Part shown: positions 56,880-64,000 of the stretch, piece by piece
How positions within the stretch are numbered: the first letter of the stretch is position 1
Layout: each line of letters begins with the position of its first letter
Assembly (NCBI GenBank): GCA_002269645.1
Contig: NIVC01000702.1
Location: forward strand, 248,001-312,000
Source of the DNA: Macrostomum lignano
Lineage: Eukaryota
Length of the DNA: 64,000 nucleotides
Reading direction: 5' to 3'
The notes under the pieces: generated by a model
Seen by the model: the letters and a program-made list of their open reading frames with translations, nothing else
Told to the model about the DNA's origin: nothing
Databases searched by the model: none
Made by a program: the position numbers and the translations under genes

Positions 56880-59280
56880 TCAGTGAAACCCAATAACACC
56901 TCAGTGTCTTCCAGGAAACTTCAGTGCCTTCCAGAAAACCCCAGTGTCTTCTATGAAACCTCAGTGTCTTCCAGAAAACCTCAGTGTCTTCCAGGAAACC
57001 TCAGTGTCTTCCAGGAAACCTCAGTGTCTTCCAGGAAACCTCAGTGTCTTCCAGGAAACCTCAGTGTCTTCCAGGAAACCTCAGTGTCTTTCAGAAAACT
57101 TCAGTGTCTTCCAGAAAACCTCAGTGTCTTCCAGGAAACCTCAGTGTCTTCCAGGAAACCCCAGTGTCTTCCAGGAAACCCCAGTGTCTTCCAGGAGACC
57201 TCAGTGTCTTCCGGGAAACCTCAGTATCTTCCAGGAAACCTCAGTGTCTTCCAGAAAACTTCAGTGTCTTCCAGGAAACCTCAGTGTCTTCCAGAAAACC
57301 CCAGTGTCTTCCAGGAAACCTCAGTGTCTTCCAGGAAACCTCAGTGTCTTCCAGAAAACTTCAGTGTCTTCCAGGAAACCTCAGTGTCTTCCAGAAAACC
57401 TCAGTGTCTTCCAGCTCAGTGTCTTCCAGGAAACCTCAGTGTCTTCCAGTTCAGTGTCTTCCAGGAAACCTCAGTGTCTTCCAGGAAACCTCAGTGTCTT
57501 CCAGGAAACCCCAGTGTCTTCCAGAAAACTTCAGTGTCTTCCAGGAAACCTCAGTGTCTTCCAGAAAACCTCAGTGTCTTCCAGAAAACCTCAGTGTCTT
57601 CCAGCTCAGTGTCTTCCAGGAAACCTCAGTGTCTTCCAGCTCAGTGTCTTCCAGGAAACCTCAGTGTCTTCCAGTTCAGTGTCTTCCAGGAAACCTCAGT
57701 GTCTTCCAGCTCAGTGTCTTCCAGGAAACCTCAGTGTCTTCCAGCTCAGTGTCTTCCAGGAAACCTCAGTGTCTTCCAGCTCAGTGTCTTCCAGGAAACC
57801 TCAGTGTCTTCCGGGAAACCTCAGTATCTTCCAGGAAACCTCAGTGTCTTCCAGAAAACTTCAGTGTCTTCCAGAAAACCCCAGTGTCTTCCAGGAAACC
57901 TCAGTGTCTTCCGGGAAACCTCAGTATCTTCCAGGAAACCTCAGTGTCTTCCAGAAAACTTCAGTGTCTTCCAGGAAACCTCAGTGTCTTCCAGAAAACC
58001 CCAGTGTCTTCCAGGAAACCTCAGTGTCTTCCAGGAAACCTCAGTGTCTTCCAGAAAACTTCAGTGTCTTCCAGGAAACCTCAGTGTCTTCCAGGAAACC
58101 TCAGTGTCTTCCAGCTCAGTGTCTTCCAGGAAACCTCAGTGTCTTCCAGAAAACCCCAGTGTCTTCCAGGAAACCTCAGTGTCTTCCAGGAAACCTCAGT
58201 GTCTTCCAGAAAACTTCAGTGTCTTCCAGGAAACCTCAGTGTCTTCCAGGAAACCTCAGTGTCTTCCAGCTCAGTGTCTTCCAGCTCAGTGTCTTCCAGG
58301 AAACCTCAGTGTCTTCCAGCTCAGTGTCTTCCAGCTCAGTGTCTTCCAGCTCAGTGTCTTCCAGGAAACCTTAGTGTCTTCCAGGAAACCTCAGTGTCTT
58401 CCAGCTCAGTGTCTTCCAGCTCAGTGTCTTCCAGGAAACCTCAGTGTCTTCCGGAAAACCTCAGTATCTTCCAGGAAACCTCAGTGTCTTCCAGAAAACT
58501 TCAGTGTCTTCCAGGAAACCTCAGTGTCTTCCAGAAAACCCCAGTGTCTTCCAGGAAACCTCAGTGTCTTCCAGGAAACCTCAGTGTCTTCCAGAAAACC
58601 TCAGCGTCTTCCGGGAAACCTCAGTGTCTTCCAGAAAACCTCAGTGTCTTCCAGGAAACCTCAGTGTCTTCCAGGAAACCTCAGTGTCTTCCAGAAAACC
58701 CCAGTGTCTTCCAGAAAACCCCAGTGTCTTCCAGGAAACCTCAGTGTCTTCCAGGAAACCCCAGTGTCTTCCAGAAAACCCCAGTGTCTTCCAGAAAACT
58801 TCAGTGTCTTCCAGGAAACCTCAGTGTCTTCCAGAAAACCCCAGTGTCTTCCAGGAAACCTCAGTGTCTTCCAGAAAACCCCAGTGTCTTCCAGAAAACT
58901 TCAGTGTCTTCCAGGAAACCTCAGTGTCTTCCAGGAAACCTCAGTGTCTTCCAGCTCAGTGTCTTCCAGGAAACCTCAGTGTCTTCCAGAAAACCCCAGT
59001 GTCTTCCAGGAAACCTCAGTGTCTTCCAGGAAACCTCAGTGTCTTCCAGAAAACTTCAGTGTCTTCCAGGAAACCTCAGTGTCTTCCAGGAAACCTCAGT
59101 GTCTTCCGGGAAACCTCAGTGTTTTCCAAGAAACTCAGTGTTTTCCAGGAAACCCGGTGTTGTCTAAAAAACCTTTGTGTCTTCAAGGAAGCCTCAGCGA
59201 TTTCCAAGAAACCCTGTGTTTTCTAAGAAACCCGATGTTTTCTAAGAAATCCTGTGTTGTCCAGGAAACCCAGTGTCTTC
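56880..59280. repeat. 2.4-kb 20-bp/14-bp intronic minisatellite
   Basis: Units CCTCAGTGTCTTCCAGGAAA and CTCAGTGTCTTCCAG variants; source of the 890-aa spurious + ORF. Confidence 0.96.
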
Positions 59281-59293
59281 CACTCAAACTCAC

Positions 59294-59510
59294 TGGAGTC
59301 CGACAGACAAGGCTTAACCTTCTCCAGGCCAATCCAAATTCTGGAATCGCAGCCCAGAGCCATGGTGAGCAGCACCTGTTCCCGACGGCTACTGACAGAG
59401 GCCACGGTGGCTCCCATGGACTCGCAGCTGATCTGCGCATTGAAGTAGTTCGTCCGCTTGGATGACACGTAGAAACAGCTGCCCTCGATGGCCAACCAAC
59501 CTTCAGGGCA
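59294..59510 (-). CDS. C-type lectin gene A, CTLD2 first exon
   Basis: TTCCAG| CPEGWLAIEGSCF...SCESMGATVASV...IWIGLEKVKPCLSDS A|GTGAGT. Confidence 0.88.
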
Positions 59511-59619
59511 CTGGAATGATATAAAAGCATTTATATAACAGCAGAAATATAAGCTAAACTGTTGTGTAAATTTTCAGTATTGGTAGCTAATATTAGACAT
59601 CTCCAATGATTTAACAAAC

Positions 59620-59651
59620 CATTGTCCTGTTGGTCAGCTCGTCCTTAGTAA
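59620..59651 (-). CDS. C-type lectin gene A, 32-nt linker microexon
   Basis: TTTTAG|TT ACT AAG...ACA ATG|GTTTGT; the only segment found that converts the phase-1 donor at 60551 to the phase-0 acceptor at 59510. Confidence 0.62.
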
Positions 59652-59764
59652 CTAAAATATTCGATAAGTATAGAAATGCGTTTGTTAGGGCAAATAATAT
59701 GCACAATGCCATAATAATACCATGCAAGATTTTGCATAGCTAAAGAAAACTACTATGAACCCTA

Positions 59765-60230
59765 TAAACCACGATCTACCCTAGAACCTCCCTATCTACC
59801 CTAGAACCCCACTATCTACCCTAGAACCCCATTATCTACCCTAGAACCCCACTATCTACCCTAGAACCCCGCTATCTACCCTAGAACTCCGCTATCTACC
59901 CTAGAACTCCGCTATCTACCCTAGAACCCCATTATCTACCCTAGAACCCCACTATCTACCCTAGAACCCCACTATCTACCCTAGAACCCCGCTATCTACC
60001 CTAGAACCCCACTATCTACCCTAGAACCCCGCTATCTACCCTAGAACCCCACCACTATCTACCCTAGATACCCACTATCTACCCTAGAACCCCGCTATCT
60101 ACCCTAGAACCCCACTATCTACCCTAGAACCCCACTATCTACCCTAGAACCCCACCACTATCTACCCTAGAAACCCACTATCTAACCTAGAATCCTACTG
60201 TCTAACCTAGAGCCCCTGTGTATAACCTAG
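59765..60230. repeat. 20-bp intronic minisatellite
   Basis: Unit CTATCTACCCTAGAACCCCR. Confidence 0.93.
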
Positions 60231-60550
60231 AACCTTAGTATCTCACCTATATTTAACTATTTTACCTTAAAGCTCAAATACCTACCTTGGAAACTTGCAA
60301 AAATCTACCTCAAAACCTACCATCCTACCTTAGAATTAGAAATTGACTATCTCCCCTAAAACTGTTTTAAAACTGTCTACTGCTAAGCTACTAATTCCAC
60401 TACAAAAATATGAATTTAGTAGTGGAATTAATAAAATTAGTAGTGGAATTAATAATAAATATAAATCCACTACAAAAATATGCACTTGCGTAAAATATAT
60501 ATAAATTGATTTTAATCCAGAATTCATAATTTTAAATTTTTGTATCGTAC

Positions 60551-60994
60551 CAGATTCATCAACTACAAGACCATTGTCAACATTTGTATGCTGCATCTTG
60601 GACTCTTCCCTAGCTGGCACCATGCATACACTGCGGTACTGATTCTGGCAATAGGTGTTGTACCACCTGCCATAGTTGCTACCAGACTGATAAACACAGT
60701 CGTAATAGGCGTTGATATTGATGGAGAATCTCTCTGTGTAGTTGAATGGCGCATCATCCCACCAGGAGAATTTCCTATCAGACACGTCAGTCTTGACCAG
60801 CCCGATCCAGGCATTCTGCTCGCACTGTCCGAGAGCCTGGACGAAACTGTTCTCCTCTCGGCTGGCGATGCTGGCCAGGTGGCCGCCGAGTTTCTGACAG
60901 GCCTTCTCAGAGCCGAACCAGCCTTCGGCAGCCTCGGACAGGGAGTAGCACCAGCCGTTGAAGTAGTGCCAGTCCTCGGCGTCTTCGGGGCACC
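60551..60994 (-). CDS. C-type lectin gene A, CTLD1 exon
   Basis: CTGCAG|GG; CPEDAEDWHYFNGWCY...ACQKLGGHLASI...AWIGL...DCVY...WYNTYC...SVC; G|GTACGA donor. Confidence 0.92.
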
Positions 60995-61024
60995 CTGCAG
61001 TTGATGGGGAAGTTTTTTAAATAT

Positions 61025-61470
61025 GGTGCTGGCGCCCCTGGTGCTGGCGCCCCTGGTGCTGGCGCCCCTGGTGCTGGCGCCCCTGGTGCTGGCGCCCCTG
61101 GTGCTGGCGCCCCTGGTGCTGGCGCCCCTGGTGCTGGCGCCCCTGGTGCTGGCGCCCCTGGTGCTGGCGCCCCTGGTGCTGGCGCCCCTGGTGCTGGCGC
61201 CCCTGGTGCTGGCGCCCCTGGTGCTGGCGCCCCTGGTGCTGGCGCCCCTGGTGCTGGCGCCCCTGGTGCTGGCGCCCCTGGTGCTGGCGCCCCTGGTGCT
61301 GGCGCCCCTGGTGCTGGCGCCCCTGGTGCTGGCGCCCCTGGTGCTGGCGCCCCTGGTGCTGGCGCCCCTGGTGCTGGCGCCCCTGGTGCTGGCGCCCCTG
61401 GTGCTGGCGCCCCTGGTGCTGGCGCCCCTGGTGCTGGCGCCCCTGGTGCTGGCGCCCCTGGTGCTGGCGC
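61025..61470. repeat. Homogeneous 15-bp minisatellite, ~30 copies
   Basis: Unit GGTGCTGGCGCCCCT, essentially invariant. Confidence 0.97.
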
Positions 61471-61823
61471 TCCCAAAGGAGGCCAATTTTAGAAAAATAA
61501 AACAGACTGTACAAACTGTTTCGTCGGTTTGTACCTAAACTGTGTGGTTTGATAGATTGATAAATAGATGGTTTTAGCATTCCTACTGCTGATAGTAGAC
61601 TATGATGAGAATAGTTTGAAATTAAAGTAGTAAAGTACTGATTCTCTCAGGTCTTAGAAGATGCGGCTATTTGCGCTTCACTACAGCATCTTCGGCTTCG
61701 CACCTGCCCTCACACCTGGGGGCCTCACTCTACAATGTAGGTTAGGCAAAAATGTCTATGGTACCGTAGCTCGTAGCTACACAATATCTTAGGGTGCACA
61801 GCTAGACAAAAGGATTAACTTAC

Positions 61824-61859
61824 TTCGCTGACGATGATGACTAGTTCCGGAGGCGAGTA
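61824..61859 (-). CDS. C-type lectin gene A, 36-nt exon after the (unlocated) signal-peptide exon
   Basis: TGGCAG|TA LASGTSHHRQR A|GTAAGT; phase 1-1, joins in frame to CTLD1. Confidence 0.65.
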
Positions 61860-64000
61860 CTGCCATTGACAAAACAACAATTATTGCTTTCATGTTCAGC
61901 ATTTTTAGTAATATTTACTTCAGTACTAACTATAGTTTTTGTCAAATGGTAATTTACTGAATAAAGCTGGTTGTAATTTGATTTTATTTTATACACACGT
62001 GTAACCGTCAATAGCAGGACGTTATCTGCAGGCGGAGTAGATAATAGGAAATTAAGTAGCAAAAACACATGTCTTACCGCAAACACGGGTTCATGAAAGA
62101 AATAAATCTGTCATGCAGTTGTCAGGCCAGTTACTACTGCAAATATAAAATTGCCTGATTCTGTGAGCATTTTCGCTGCGAATGTTGACAGATGTCATTG
62201 TTGACCATAGTTTGATTTTCAAGATTTGATATAGAGTTGTAATTCTTATAGTACCACAGTATAGTACGCTCTACTTTACCTTTTTGTGTGCTGGCGCCCC
62301 TTGGTGCTGGCGCCCCAGTGCTGTTAATTGTGAGAGACGAGATGAGACAAAAGATGATATGATAGGAGAGAAGAAGCTTAGAAGAGGAAGAGACACCAAA
62401 CCTTGAGTTTCAAAGGACTCTGAAAGAGAGGCTTTTGCAGTAGGCTGCATGAATATCGTCGCTCATGACGTCAGATTTACTCGCAATTCATAACTCGTGT
62501 GGCAGAGGCAAAGAGAAGTTAAGGGTGAGAGATGAGAGCACAACCCTAATAGTCTCGATGCACTTGCGATGCACCCGCGGACATTCGGTGTTTCGAATGG
62601 AAATTAGATTATTCACAATTAGTCTCATATGAAAATACAATGTGCAGAATACCTTTTTACTACAGATGTGCATCAGGATTATTCGCCGTTAAAACATAAT
62701 TAAATTTTATCAAGTATAGCGATCATAGAACAGGGATCGCACTACATGTAGCTGTTGTGTATGCGCGGCCGCTTGGCATGTCGCCTACTAGAGATTTGCG
62801 TTCTGACTGGCTGGGAGGTTTGTCTGTCTGCCCAGACCGGCATTGGCCGGATAGGGGTTTGGTGTTTGCTGAATCATGCTAGTTAGTTTAACTATAATAT
62901 ACATGTAAGTGCGCACTGGCCTTTCAAGCCTTTGACTTTTCCTACTCGCTTCTCGCATTTAGTTCACATATACACTGTGCTGAAATTTTAATAACATTAA
63001 ATTTATATTGGCGGCTTTTTGCCGAAGTTTCCCTCTTTCGCAGCCGACATGGCAACTGCTGTCGCCGCAATGTACAATTGTTTCTAAAGTGTCAAAAGTT
63101 GTACTTGTATAGTGACATGATGCCCTGGTAAAACAAATATCCGACATAATAAATGGTGAAATTTGCGAAGAGGACAACTAAAAAATCTTTTATATTTTAT
63201 AAATTGAGGAAAGTGGATAGTTAAAATTCCGAATTTTTTTGCACTCAGAAAAATAATTTATCGCATGTACGTATTTTAAAAATCATTTTCTGCGAAACTC
63301 GCGTACCGTCGCAGTGTGAGCTAGGGGTTGAATTATTCAATAGTTAGGCTTTTGGCCTATCTTAGAAAAAGGTTAGTATCAGTTTCAATTAAGTTAGGCC
63401 TATTATTTCTTGACAGCGAAAATTCAGAAAACTTATTTTAGTTTTAGTGATTTGCGTTTACTGGTATTTACGTACGTTCATATTCAAGGGATTGTACTTT
63501 CTGCTTCAGACGTTCATTTCTGTTCTGAGAATCTTTGTCTGAGACTGATTCTGATGTAGCTTTCTGTAAATCCAAAAATAGGCCTCTAATAAGAGCAATA
63601 CGAGTAAAGAAAGTCAAATTATGTAAATGGACTTTAAAAAGGCCATTAAACGTATGTATTTAATGCAATGCTAAACAATAAAGCTTATCTAGGACTAGGT
63701 GTACTTTCTACTTTCCTATCTAGAATAATTACCACTATTCTATTATAAGTCTAATTATAATTACTATTATCAGTTGTGTTGTATTTTTAATCTAAAATGA
63801 ATTTAATTTAATGAAGAATATCTTTATAAAATATTAAAATTAATTTAATTAAATAAATATAATAAGGACCTAAACTAAATAATGTCTAGTTAGGCCTACT
63901 ATAATTAAATAGTTGTTCTTTATAGAAAGCTTTTTAGCTATTATTTTTTTGGCTAGGCCATATACATTGAATTTTGATTTTTAAATAAATTCAATATAAC

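Noticed and set aside
56850-59300. Satellite expanded inside a lectin coding exon (frame appears to run EFEW into the repeat and exit at a G|GTATGC)
   Set aside because: A consensus GTGAGT donor at 59293 sits at the same position as GTAAGT in paralog B and gives a correct CTLD on splicing; the array is intronic
147-61580. Long ORFs such as SINQ, VSVWMCL, SQSV, EERRG, LSSP, QETSVSSRKP (890 aa), GAGAP, LAPQA
   Set aside because: All are translations of tandem arrays lacking stops, open in several frames and on both strands, and most lie in introns of genes on the opposite strand
61841-62086. Signal-peptide exon for lectin A (MFAVRHVFLLLNFLLS)
   Set aside because: Begins at GTG, not ATG, and no phase-1 donor in an open frame was found
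1-64000. tRNA, rRNA, snRNA or spliced-leader RNA genes
   Set aside because: No cloverleaf or recognisable conserved RNA sequence seen by eye; only PBS-length tRNA complements and one B-box-like motif

Overview
Eukaryotic, intron-rich, very repeat-dense DNA. The style (GC-rich exons, introns packed with unrelated minisatellites, Mab-21 and lectin genes) suggests a free-living flatworm such as Macrostomum; that assignment is inference only. Host genes reconstructed by hand from splice signals and frame: (1) the first five exons of an alpha7-like nicotinic acetylcholine receptor subunit (minus strand, 10765 to 809, continuing off the left edge), with a 23-aa two-cysteine insertion and a duplicated in-frame donor; (2) a two-exon Pro/Gln-rich orphan (16006 to ~13790); (3) the last two exons of an unknown gene (21916 to 20299); (4) an intronless 146-aa orphan (47225-47665, +); (5) a three-exon cGAS-like/Mab-21 nucleotidyltransferase with a TPR-like tail and one frameshift (52406 to 50307); (6) a tandem pair of double C-type-lectin-domain genes, one apparently intact (61859 to 56630) and one a pseudogene (54592 to 52920). 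Mobile DNA: a near-intact D,D34D mariner in nAChR intron 1; three Ty3/Gypsy LTR elements with target-site duplications clustered at 22.1-43.2 kb (a Mag-like element with dead protease and RNase H deletion, an old gag-integrase-deleted element with an extra decayed 3' ORF, and a very young element with a -1 frameshift signal); an 8-bp-TSD hAT element; two probable MITEs whose interiors are tandem arrays; a SINE-like insert. About 20 tandem arrays explain most long ORFs in the supplied track. No rRNA, tRNA or CRISPR array was found. The best candidate for an undescribed system is the cGAS-like receptor next to non-canonical tandem lectins (a possible innate-immune cluster).
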